Below the pieces are notes generated by a model, which saw only the letters and a program-made list of their open reading frames with translations, was not told the DNA's origin and searched no databases. This document shows positions 37,030 to 45,373 of a stretch of 64,000 bases of DNA, piece by piece; position 1 is the stretch's first letter; each line of letters starts with the position of its first letter. A program made the position numbers and the translations under genes. The stretch is from a virus. The stretch lies in IMG/VR virus record IMGVR_UViG_3300036852_000239, positions 3,172-67,171 of that record; one strand, 5' to 3'.

Positions 37030-38637
37030 TCAGGATACTGGCTGGAGCCACGGCCAGGCGGCGTTGCGGCCTGATTCAACCAGCGGTATGACCTTAAAGC
37101 CTGCGTCGGTCAGGCCACCGATGGTGAGCCGGTTCGGCCCACCAGGGGCGTGTCCTCGTTCGTAGCCAGCTAGGTTGAAGGTTGTCATCGGCGTGGTCTT
37201 CGGTGCCGAGTCGCCTACCTCTTGCCAGTCCGATGCCGCCTGCTCGTCGGTGAGGATGACGATCCGGTCGTGGCCTGCGAAGTGCTTACGCACAGCCGCC
37301 GCCGTGGCCGTGCCGCCGCCCAGGAACCAGCCGCCGCCCTTCCACCGCTCCAGCGACTTGAGCAGCGACTCGCCGGCGGTGAGCGGGAACACCTTGGTGT
37401 GTGCGCCGTGCGCCTGGCCCCAGTACTGGGCGGTCGAGGAGAACGACACCACATCCGCATTGGCGCACCGCTGGGCCAAGGCGACACCGAACAGCACCGC
37501 CGCGTCCCAGCGCATCAGCGTGCCGTCCTTGGAGAACGACCCGTTCATGCTCGACGACGTGTCCACCAGGATCAGCGTCCGACCCGACAGGACTGGGATG
37601 TTGGCCAGGCTGTGGCCGAGCGCCTTCTCCAGCGGGTACCCCCAGCGCAGGCTTGGCGCCGCCCGGTAGGCCGATAGGAACCGCATCGGCAACTGGCGGC
37701 TCTTGGCCACCTGCTGAGGGTCAGCAAGACGCGCCGCGACTTTGTCGGCCACATCGTCCGGCACACCGGCCTCGTCGAAGTTGCGCAGGTTACGCAGCAG
37801 TGCCATGTAGCCCATCGACGGGATCAGCGCCGACCACAGCTTCGCCTTGTCCAACTTCGACCCCGCCAGCGACAGCACGTCCTCCCACGTCATACCCGCA
37901 CCCTTGAGCGTGTTCGGATCGAGAAGATCGCCGTACTCGCCGCGCGCTGCATTCTCCCGCAGCTTCGCGTTCAGGCGCACCATCGCCAGCGACGACGGGA
38001 TGCCGTCTCGGTTGTGGCGCCGGTCGAGCGCCAGCTTGAATAGGGTGGCTTGCTTGATGTCGGTCGCGTCAGGGTGGGTCAGGTCGAGCACATCAGCGAA
38101 CCGGAATCCCTTGGACGCGGTGTCGTACTTGAGCAGGTTGTACTCCGTGTAGAGCTTCCGTGCCGCGTCGGCAATGCCGCGCTTGACCGGCATCGGCAGC
38201 TTGCGGCCGTACCGCGACATCCAGTAGGCCAGCGCCTCGCCAGGCTCATCGGCGCGCTGCAACACGCTGGCGATCATCTGGCGGGAGCCGGGGACGTTCG
38301 CGGCGAGCATCGCCTTCGTGGCCTCCAGCGCGCCGACGAGGGACGCGGAGCGCATATTGCCCTCGCCGCGAAGCCAGCGCAGGAAACCGGCCGTCCACTG
38401 CGGATCGGCCGCCGCCACCTGGTGCACCAGCTGCTCGTAGCGGGCGTCACGGTCGTTGGCCGACTCATAGAAGGCTCGTTCCCCGACCATATTGCTGACC
38501 GCCAAGAGGAAAAGCTCACTCTTGGCGTCGCGGGCATAACCTGGGCCACCCTCGTAGGTGTGGCCGCTTGCGCGCTGCTCGGTGACGATCGGCGAAGTCA
38601 CCGAGGGCTTCGCGGCACGGACGTTGAACTTGCTCAA
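37030..38637 (-). CDS. rsr: Ro60/Rsr ortholog (TROVE plus vWA domain RNA-binding protein)
   Basis: AKSELFLLAV..FYES, GNMRS, KYD, YMALLRNLRN, SRQLPMRF; MIDAS DTSSS...GGT...LTDEQ; TTG start with GGAAGGGG RBS. Confidence 0.92.
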   Translation of the reverse strand: MSKFNVRAAKPSVTSPIVTEQRASGHTYEGGPGYARDAKSELFLLAVSNMVGERAFYESANDRDARYEQLVHQVAAADPQWTAGFLRWLRGEGNMRSASLVGALEATKAMLAANVPGSRQMIASVLQRADEPGEALAYWMSRYGRKLPMPVKRGIADAARKLYTEYNLLKYDTASKGFRFADVLDLTHPDATDIKQATLFKLALDRRHNRDGIPSSLAMVRLNAKLRENAARGEYGDLLDPNTLKGAGMTWEDVLSLAGSKLDKAKLWSALIPSMGYMALLRNLRNFDEAGVPDDVADKVAARLADPQQVAKSRQLPMRFLSAYRAAPSLRWGYPLEKALGHSLANIPVLSGRTLILVDTSSSMNGSFSKDGTLMRWDAAVLFGVALAQRCANADVVSFSSTAQYWGQAHGAHTKVFPLTAGESLLKSLERWKGGGWFLGGGTATAAAVRKHFAGHDRIVILTDEQAASDWQEVGDSAPKTTPMTTFNLAGYERGHAPGGPNRLTIGGLTDAGFKVIPLVESGRNAAWPWLQPVS

Positions 38638-38678
38638 AACGGCCCCTTCCGGGATTGGAGGGAGCCGCATTCAGAGAG

Positions 38679-38822
38679 TGGGTGCCCGAGATCTAGTCGG
38701 CCCGGCGGACATTAGGCGCTCTGCCATCTGAGCTACAGGCCCCAAAGGCGCCTGACGGGATTCGAACCCGCGACAACCCCATTACAAGTGGAAGAACTCC
38801 GAACCTTCGCAACGGGCACCCA
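38679..38822 (-). ncRNA. yrlA: YrlA-type Y RNA with permuted tRNA-like domain
   Basis: Closing stem UGGGUGCCCG/CGGGCACCCA; T-arm GCGGG-UUCGAAU-CCCGU, then looped acceptor CAGGC/GCCUG, then D-arm UAGCUCAGAUGGCAGAGC; directly upstream of Ro60. Confidence 0.85.
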
Positions 38823-38833
38823 TCTGAAGTTGT

Positions 38834-38934
38834 GCTCCCTGAGATCAAGGCGGCTGGAGTTCGGGGCTCTCTAGTTCCCCAAGGTGCCCTCACAGGCTGG
38901 AAGAGAAGTAGCTCCGGCCATCGCAACAGGGAGT
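38834..38934 (-). ncRNA. Y-RNA-like ncRNA 2 (no tRNA module)
   Basis: Stem CUCCCUG/CAGGGAG with shared GUUGCGA...CUACUUC...GAUCUC motifs. Confidence 0.75.
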
Positions 38935-38950
38935 TGCTATTCAAAAGTCA

Positions 38951-39031
38951 TGCCTTCCGAGATCAGAGCGCTCTGCGGTTGTGGTTTCAAATGCGAATTG
39001 AAGTAACCGTGGAGCTTCGCAACGGAAGGCA
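38951..39031 (-). ncRNA. Y-RNA-like ncRNA 1 (minimal)
   Basis: Stem UGCCUUCCG/CGGAAGGCA with shared GUUGCGA...UUACUUC...GAUCUC motifs. Confidence 0.75.
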
Positions 39032-39037
39032 GTGCCC

Positions 39038-39068
39038 ACGGTAGCACGCGGGTCCGACAAGACCGCAA
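39038..39068 (-). promoter_or_regulatory. Putative promoter of the Y RNA-Ro60 operon
   Basis: TTGCGG ... TG-C-TACCGT (extended -10) ending about 7 nt before ncRNA 1. Confidence 0.5.
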
Positions 39069-39214
39069 ACCAAAATGCGCCCCACGCCGAAGCGTAGGGC
39101 GCACAGACCGGTGAGATTGGATGATCGGCCAGGGTTGTCGTACCCGCGGGTGAGACTGGATGGCTCAGAGCAGCGAGATGAAGACCTCGATCAGCACCGC
39201 GATCGACAGCATGG

Positions 39215-39370
39215 TCACCCCTCCTCTGCCGCGTGACGGCCATCCTGCACAGCCATGGCCTCAAGGTTGTCCCGCAGCTCGTTGAGCAGTTCCCGCGCTC
39301 GCGGGGTGACGTCGCCGAGCTCGGTCTCCAGGTCGTCGATGAGCCGCTGCATTTCGTTGGTGGTGGGCAT
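39215..39370 (-). CDS. Small hypothetical protein
   Basis: MPTTNEMQRLIDDLETEL...; 51 aa. Confidence 0.5.
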   Translation of the reverse strand: MPTTNEMQRLIDDLETELGDVTPRARELLNELRDNLEAMAVQDGRHAAEEG

Positions 39371-39445
39371 GGTTTAGCCCTTTCGTCTGGTGGAGATAGA
39401 GCGGTTGCCTCCAACTCCACATCCACCACCAGTGGCGACGCCCTT

Positions 39446-39691
39446 CTAGCCAGGGGCGTCGTCGCTGTCTGCCGCGGCCTTGCGCCGGTATCTCACGTAG
39501 AAATGGCCCGGAAGCCACAGCAGCAGCACGCCAACGGCTGCGAACGTGACCCAAGCCGGCACATGGTCCACCAACAGTTGAGTCCAGGGTTCGGTGTCGG
39601 TACTGCCGTCGAAGCTGGCGACCAGCTCCCATCCGACCGCGAGGCCGGTGATGAGCAGGAAGACCCAGCGCAAGGCGAGCTTTCGGCTCAC
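39446..39691 (-). CDS. Two-TM membrane protein (lysis cassette)
   Basis: GTGA-coupled to the holin. Confidence 0.6.
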   Translation of the reverse strand: MSRKLALRWVFLLITGLAVGWELVASFDGSTDTEPWTQLLVDHVPAWVTFAAVGVLLLWLPGHFYVRYRRKAAADSDDAPG

Positions 39692-39945
39692 CGGCTGGTC
39701 TCGCGGACAACCACGGTCGGCGCGGTCTCCACCAGACTGGGCGAGTTGTCCTTGCCGAACGGCGCCGACACGAGCGAGGTCAACGCGGACAGCAGCGCCG
39801 CGCCGGCGGCGATGCCGAGGGCCAGCTTCCAGTCCGCGTTCAACGCGTTGAAGCCGCCGTCGAGGACCCATAAGCCGAGCAGAGCCTGAGCCGCCGACTT
39901 GGCCGCCCGCTCCGCCGTCTCCCTCCAGAAGGTCTTACGAAACAT
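39688..39945 (-). CDS. Holin (r1t-like)
   Basis: FWRETAERAAKSAAQ...DW...LLSALTS...SPSL. Confidence 0.88.
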   Translation of the reverse strand: MFRKTFWRETAERAAKSAAQALLGLWVLDGGFNALNADWKLALGIAAGAALLSALTSLVSAPFGKDNSPSLVETAPTVVVRETSR

Positions 39946-39973
39946 CGTTCCCCCTTAATCGATTGCGTGGATT

Positions 39974-40120
39974 TCAGCCGGGCCACGCCGCGATCAGCGT
40001 CGGCAGAACGAAGCAGGCCAGGCCGAGCCAGCCCAACGCGACGCGTGAGCCGACGCCGAACGCCGCGAGCAACAGCAGGATGAACGCGGCGAGGTAGAGC
40101 AGGAACGCGAGCATGGTCAT
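39974..40120 (-). CDS. Small two-TM protein
   Basis: MTMLAFLLYLAAFILLLLAAFGV...LGWLGLA; GAGG RBS. Confidence 0.65.
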   Translation of the reverse strand: MTMLAFLLYLAAFILLLLAAFGVGSRVALGWLGLACFVLPTLIAAWPG

Positions 40121-40170
40121 CACCTCGGTGCTCTTGAATGACCCTGTATAGATCTGGCAGTGTGCCGGGG

Positions 40171-40422
40171 ATGGGTTGGCAGACCAGAGAGCATTGGCGC
40201 AACGGCCACCACCAGGTGTGGCTGATGGAGATGCACGACGTGTTCTCCTCCGGATGGCGGGTAGCGCAGTCCTGGCCGACCCGCCACGGCGAATCGTTCA
40301 CCAGCGGCCGGTATGAGCAGCCGCCAGACCGGGACCGGCACGCAGCCCGGGAAGTCGTGGCCCGCAAGAAGCTGGCGGAGAGGATGGCCGAGGTGGAAGG
40401 CGACTGGGAGCAGGTCACCTAG
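40171..40422 (+). CDS. Opposite-strand hypothetical protein inside the lysis cassette
   Basis: Fills the gap between minus-strand genes; MGWQTREHW... Confidence 0.5.
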   Translation: MGWQTREHWRNGHHQVWLMEMHDVFSSGWRVAQSWPTRHGESFTSGRYEQPPDRDRHAAREVVARKKLAERMAEVEGDWEQVT

Positions 40423-41044
40423 CGGCAGGTGAAGGGGACGGCTCGTCTTTGGTGCACACCAGGAACGTCCGCCGGTCGCCTAGCGGGTTGTACTCCTCGA
40501 TGTGTGACCCGCTTGGGCAGTACGGAAGTGGATGCTCAGCCATCCAGGCGTTGACCGCCGCGAGGATCTGCTCGGCCGTGGGGCCTGGGCCTTGCTCACC
40601 GGTGTCCCCTTTCTCGCCTTTCGCTGGCGGGTTGGCCACCAGGTAGGCGGTCACCTGCGCGGCGATCTCCTCAGCCGTCGGCGGTCGCCCGTCCTTGGGT
40701 GGGTTGTTGCGGTAGACGATCTGCACCGCCGCCAGGATCTCCGCCTCGGTAGGCGGTCGGCCAGGCTCACCCTGACGCCCCTGCTCGCCCGGGTCGCCCT
40801 TAAGGTCCGCCGGATTGACCGGGCAGGTGAACCCGGCCCGCACAAGCCGCACGCACGCCTCGTCGTAGGCCGCCTGCGCCTCGTTGGCTCGGCGTTCCTG
40901 TTCGGTCGCCTGGGCGTGAATGGACACCAGCGAGTAGATGCCGATGGCTAAAGCCACAACCGTGCCGACCGCCACCACGGCCATCACCCATAGTTGGCGG
41001 GGCGGCAGGCTCCTGATGGGGCGGGTGGGCTCCTCATGCATCAC
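40415..41044 (-). CDS. Membrane-anchored collagen-like protein
   Basis: TM helix, G-X-Y repeats and three PT(A/E)(A/E)(E/Q)I.A.V helical repeats. Confidence 0.75.
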   Translation of the reverse strand: MMHEEPTRPIRSLPPRQLWVMAVVAVGTVVALAIGIYSLVSIHAQATEQERRANEAQAAYDEACVRLVRAGFTCPVNPADLKGDPGEQGRQGEPGRPPTEAEILAAVQIVYRNNPPKDGRPPTAEEIAAQVTAYLVANPPAKGEKGDTGEQGPGPTAEQILAAVNAWMAEHPLPYCPSGSHIEEYNPLGDRRTFLVCTKDEPSPSPAAR

Positions 41045-41325
41045 ACACCGCCGGCGAGGGCCTCAAGGTGGGCGATGCGTTCCTCGAGGATGGCCATCCG
41101 CTCAGTGGCCCGCTCCAGCGCCGCAGTGGCGCGGGCCTCACGTGCCTCGGCGTCGCGACGCAGCCGGATCTGGTCGTCGAGTTGCCGTTCCGTTTCGGCG
41201 TGGGCTTTGACCTCGTCGAGACGACGTGACTGTTCGAGGATGAGCGCCCGAAGGCACAAGCCGAGCAGCACCACGAAGCCGGCGAACGCCCCGGCCGCTG
41301 GCGCGAGTAGTGCGAAGTCGCCCAC
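41041..41325 (-). CDS. TM plus coiled-coil protein
   Basis: Follows the endolysin. Confidence 0.6.
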   Translation of the reverse strand: MGDFALLAPAAGAFAGFVVLLGLCLRALILEQSRRLDEVKAHAETERQLDDQIRLRRDAEAREARATAALERATERMAILEERIAHLEALAGGV

Positions 41326-41337
41326 ACAGTCCCGGGC

Positions 41338-42171
41338 CTATTGGGTTGCGATAGGGGCGACGCCGGTCAAGAGCACCTCACGTAGCGCCGACTTGACGTC
41401 CTCGCGGGAGGCGACGTCGTCGGGCAGCGCGGAGACGAACGCGGCCACGAGCTCGTCGAGCGAGCCGAGAACGCCACTGTGGGCACCCGCCTCGGCCGCT
41501 GCCTTGATCTGCTCCAGTTCGGCCGGCTCCAGGTCAACCTTGGCGGCGATCGCGGCCAGCGTCGCCCGGGTCTCCACGATGAACTTGGTCAGCCCAACGT
41601 GTACCCCCCACCACACATCGCCGAAGACATCGCCGACGTTGCGCTCCTTGTTGTCTGGGCTTGCCGCCTGCGGCACCAGGTCCGAGAGGTTCATGTCGTC
41701 TCCAAAGAATCGTTTGAACACAGCGGTTTTGTCGCGCGACTCGGCATCGCGGAAGAAGCTGATGTGCGTGTGCGTAAGGTGGCTGGAGTCGCCTGATGCC
41801 CTGCGGCCCAACCGATCCCACCGTTTGACCGTCTGCCCGTCCGGCGAGTAGATGACCTCCCGGATGTCCACGGTGTCAGGTGCCCCCGCAGCGCACTGCC
41901 CGACCAGCCACACAGACAACTCACGCAGCCGCGCGAACATGCCGATGTCGAACGCACTCGCCGCGTTCGTCTTGTGGCTGGAGTCGCGTGTGGACTCGTT
42001 CCAGGAATAGTCCGAAGTGACCCCGTCCACGATGCGTCGGTCGTCCCAGCCGTGGTGATACCCGCCCAGGTGGTTCTCGTCGCCAACGATCCCAAGCTCA
42101 TAGTCGCGCAGGCCGGTCAACGGCTGGAGGTAGTGACGCAGATCCAGCAGCCGCGCAGGGGCGTAGGTCAT
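41338..42171 (-). CDS. Endolysin (Zn-peptidase-like)
   Basis: GIVGD.H..GYH, ASAFDI and HLTHTHISF; lies between tail and holin genes. Confidence 0.75.
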   Translation of the reverse strand: MTYAPARLLDLRHYLQPLTGLRDYELGIVGDENHLGGYHHGWDDRRIVDGVTSDYSWNESTRDSSHKTNAASAFDIGMFARLRELSVWLVGQCAAGAPDTVDIREVIYSPDGQTVKRWDRLGRRASGDSSHLTHTHISFFRDAESRDKTAVFKRFFGDDMNLSDLVPQAASPDNKERNVGDVFGDVWWGVHVGLTKFIVETRATLAAIAAKVDLEPAELEQIKAAAEAGAHSGVLGSLDELVAAFVSALPDDVASREDVKSALREVLLTGVAPIATQ

Positions 42172-42614
42172 CACTGCACCTCCAGTGCCTGTAGGGATAT
42201 CCAGTCGTTGCCATCCACAGTCAGCACCCCAGTGCCCGACACCTGCCGCCAGCGTGCCTGGATCGTGTACGTGCCAGCGGCGATACCGGTGATCCGGCTC
42301 GCGCCCGAGATCTGCCGGTGCGCCGACGCCTCGTTGAAGTAGAAGTTGGCGACGTCGTAGTCGACGCTGTTGACCAAAACACCGAGGCGGATCACCGTGG
42401 CTGCCAACGTCGAATACATCGACAGGTGGAAGTCGATCAGCAGTGCTGTGCTCGAATGCAACTTCGTAAACGAAAAACTGCTCGTGGCCGGCAGGGACGC
42501 GTACGACGTCGTGTTGTGGGTGCCCGCGCCACAAGCGTTGTTGATGCCGCCCGAGTTGGCGACCGCGTTGAACCGGGAAGCCAAAGGTTTCTGCCCGGCG
42601 GCGAAGATGCCCAA
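42171..42614 (-). CDS. Minor tail protein
   Basis: FAAGQK...N start; beta-rich. Confidence 0.65.
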   Translation of the reverse strand: MGIFAAGQKPLASRFNAVANSGGINNACGAGTHNTTSYASLPATSSFSFTKLHSSTALLIDFHLSMYSTLAATVIRLGVLVNSVDYDVANFYFNEASAHRQISGASRITGIAAGTYTIQARWRQVSGTGVLTVDGNDWISLQALEVQ

Positions 42615-42622
42615 CGATCCTC

Positions 42623-44854
42623 CTATACGCCCAGATATGTGGGGTCAGCCAACTCGACCGACCAGCCTGCGGAAATGTCTTTGGTGACGGTGGCGCCGGT
42701 GACGGTGAACGTCTGCGGACTCGAGGCGCCAGAAACGGCGGTGACCTCGATGTCGATGCCGGAGACCTGCACGGTCAGCGGATAGTCGGCCGAATCGGTG
42801 GACCACAGATCAGCAATGTTCGAGGTGGCCACCGACAGCGACCCGGCACCAGCGGAGACGGCCGCGGCGAGAGTCGACGAGCCGGAATCGATCAACCCCA
42901 GGCTGGCGTCCTCAAGCGTGAAAATCCGGTATGGCGACGCCGGGCTCGTCGTCAACGCGACACCCCAGGAGACGGTGTCCCACCGTTCCGCGTAGCCCTC
43001 GATCACCGCATCGATCGTGTCCGGGTTCATCTGCGACGGCGGATTAGCGACGTTGATCCGGGCACCGAACGGCGTAGACAGCCAGCCGGGGATCAGGTCC
43101 GGGCTGCCGTGCAGCCGGAACGGGATGACCGGCCACCGGTCCTCGTCCACCGTACCCAGATGCACCCGCCACGAGGCGAAGTCGGCCAACTGTGAGTCGG
43201 CCTCGACGTTGACCGTGGCGGAGCTGTCGTAGACGCCCGACCCGCCTGGCCCGGTTCCGAGGGTGCCGGCCTCTTCCTCGGCGGTGGCGCTGGAGCCATC
43301 GGGCCGGCTGGCGGTGAACTTGTTGACCAGTCTTTGGTCATCGTCGGCCGGTTCGGGGGTGCCGGCGATGTGGCCGGAGTCGAAGTCCAGGTTGAAGGCG
43401 ACGGGCTGGTTGTAGCGCTCCGAGAGCGCTTGATAGGCCAAGCCGTATTGGTATTCGTGCAGAACGCCCTGATCGGCGACCTCGCAGTCGCGCAGAAGCC
43501 CCAGCAGAGTCCCTGTCGGCTGCGGACCCATCGCTGCGGATGTGGCCGCCTGCGTGGTGAACTGGACGCCTTCCTCCCGGCACAGGCGTCGCATGCGTTC
43601 GTGCGCCAGCTCGCCGGCGTGGCCGTTCATCGCCTGCGCGTTGTTGCTGGCTTCGTCCAGGTAGTTGAACCTGGCATCGGTGTAGATGGCCTGATGCCCA
43701 AAAGAGATCCCGTTGCCGCCCCAGAGCGTTGCAGTGCTCAGCACGCCTGGTGCCCCAGTTTGAACGCTGCCACCGCCGCTGGAGACAAGCTCGCCGCCGG
43801 CGAAGTAGTGGAAGTCGGCGAAGGCATCCACGAAGGAGCCCACGGTGGTTTCCGAAATGGACAGCATCACCCAGTGCCCGTAGACATTCGCTTCGGCCGT
43901 AGCGTCGAGTTCAACGGACAGGCTGTCGGACAACGTCGCACCGACATAGCTGTCCAGCCTCAGAAAGCTTGGCGTGCCTGGCATACATCGCACTACGTGC
44001 CGTGACCAGAACCCGCCGAGCACGCTGAGTTCGGCGATGTCTGTCGTGCCCCCAGGTTCGCTCGGCAGCTTGAACGCCACCTCATAGACCCATTGGCCCT
44101 CGTTGGTGTAGCTCGGGATTACAGCTGTCACAGTGGCAGCCGCATCGAGGGTCGGCAGCGCTTCCGATCCGATCAAATCCGATGCGGCAGCGAAAGACAC
44201 CTCACCCGAGATGGTCAGCGGCCGCCCGCCCGGCATGGCCGAGGCGAACTGTGTAGCGTCGCGGCCATCCTCCATCGGCCAATACGCGTGCGGGGTGTAG
44301 TCGTTTGCTGCAACGCCGATCATCGATCGGAACATTGGCGACCGCAGTACCTGGCCCTGTGCCAACCGGCGCATGACACCAGCGCATTGAATGGTGACCG
44401 TGGTGTCGGTGGCGGACTCGTCGGTCCACCGTGTGGGCCATTCGTTGATGAATCCGAAGTAGCGGTCTACGAACCCGGAGCCGGGATCCAGCTGGATCCA
44501 GATCGGAGTGTTCTTGGTCAACAACCCGTAGTAGGGGCTGAACGGGTTGCGGCGGCAGAACGCCCCGTCATCGTTTTCGATCTTCAGTTGGCAGCGCGAC
44601 GGGGTGACCTGGGTAGACTCATCCCGCCTGCCCGCCGCGACGGAGATGCCGAGGTCGTGCCTGACTCTGTCGGTGATGTCCAGCCAGTTCCACGTCAAGT
44701 GGCTCGCGGTCAGGTCCGCACCGAGCGCGATGTAGACGCGGGTGGACAGTGGCGACGACGGGAAAGTGACCGAAGGCGGCTGACCTGCGGGCAGCAGCGA
44801 ATACGGCCCGCCGCGGATCCGCTTGAGCGCAGCGGTCAGCGCCGCAATGGCCAT
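42623..44854 (-). CDS. Minor tail protein (hub/LamG-like)
   Basis: WLDITDRV, GRRDE, NDDGAF, AYWPMED. Confidence 0.8.
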   Translation of the reverse strand: MAIAALTAALKRIRGGPYSLLPAGQPPSVTFPSSPLSTRVYIALGADLTASHLTWNWLDITDRVRHDLGISVAAGRRDESTQVTPSRCQLKIENDDGAFCRRNPFSPYYGLLTKNTPIWIQLDPGSGFVDRYFGFINEWPTRWTDESATDTTVTIQCAGVMRRLAQGQVLRSPMFRSMIGVAANDYTPHAYWPMEDGRDATQFASAMPGGRPLTISGEVSFAAASDLIGSEALPTLDAAATVTAVIPSYTNEGQWVYEVAFKLPSEPGGTTDIAELSVLGGFWSRHVVRCMPGTPSFLRLDSYVGATLSDSLSVELDATAEANVYGHWVMLSISETTVGSFVDAFADFHYFAGGELVSSGGGSVQTGAPGVLSTATLWGGNGISFGHQAIYTDARFNYLDEASNNAQAMNGHAGELAHERMRRLCREEGVQFTTQAATSAAMGPQPTGTLLGLLRDCEVADQGVLHEYQYGLAYQALSERYNQPVAFNLDFDSGHIAGTPEPADDDQRLVNKFTASRPDGSSATAEEEAGTLGTGPGGSGVYDSSATVNVEADSQLADFASWRVHLGTVDEDRWPVIPFRLHGSPDLIPGWLSTPFGARINVANPPSQMNPDTIDAVIEGYAERWDTVSWGVALTTSPASPYRIFTLEDASLGLIDSGSSTLAAAVSAGAGSLSVATSNIADLWSTDSADYPLTVQVSGIDIEVTAVSGASSPQTFTVTGATVTKDISAGWSVELADPTYLGV

Positions 44855-44857
44855 GAC

Positions 44858-45364
44858 TTAGCCCAGCTCGGTGAAGACAACCCAGCAGGTCATGTTGGTG
44901 GCCGACGTGAATGTGCACCGCACCCGCAGAAACTTCGACACCGCGACAATCGGACGGGCGTCCGGCATGAACGTGCGCGTGTACTGCAGGTCCGTTGTGC
45001 CGGCGGCGACGGAGACCTGCCGCGCGTCGAGCACCCGCGCCGCGGTCGTGGTGCCCTCCGCCGACGCGGTGTAGCCGGTATTGGAGGCGCCCAACGTCAG
45101 AAGGCTGGCCGTGCCGTTCGGGTCGAGGTTGACCACCCCGGAGGCGACGTGCGCGGTCACGGTGGCGGCCACGTCGGTCTGCAGCAACTCGACCTGACCC
45201 ACCGCCGCCGATGCGGCATCCAGCGAGTAGCCCCACTCCAACACCTGGATCTGCCTGGTGCTGGGGGTGGACAGCTGCAGCATGGTCTTGATCGCAGTGC
45301 CGGTGGTGACCTTCTGCTGCGCCGCGGTGGTCGGCGACGGGCCATTAAACGTGATAAAAGGCAC
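44858..45364 (-). CDS. Virion structural protein; paralog of 51938-52408
   Basis: Ala/Thr beta-rich; follows the tape measure. Confidence 0.65.
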   Translation of the reverse strand: MPFITFNGPSPTTAAQQKVTTGTAIKTMLQLSTPSTRQIQVLEWGYSLDAASAAVGQVELLQTDVAATVTAHVASGVVNLDPNGTASLLTLGASNTGYTASAEGTTTAARVLDARQVSVAAGTTDLQYTRTFMPDARPIVAVSKFLRVRCTFTSATNMTCWVVFTELG

Positions 45365-45373
45365 GGAATCTCC

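Noticed and set aside
38715-38775. Canonical tRNA gene
   Set aside because: The T-arm precedes the D-arm and the acceptor stem is closed by a loop with no CCA, which fits a YrlA-type mimic
38693-38944. 83-aa minus-strand ORF upstream of Ro60
   Set aside because: It overlaps the structured RNA units and has no clear RBS or protein features
38679-39031. CRISPR or mini-array
   Set aside because: The units are self-closing stems with short shared motifs, not identical repeats with spacers; no cas genes seen
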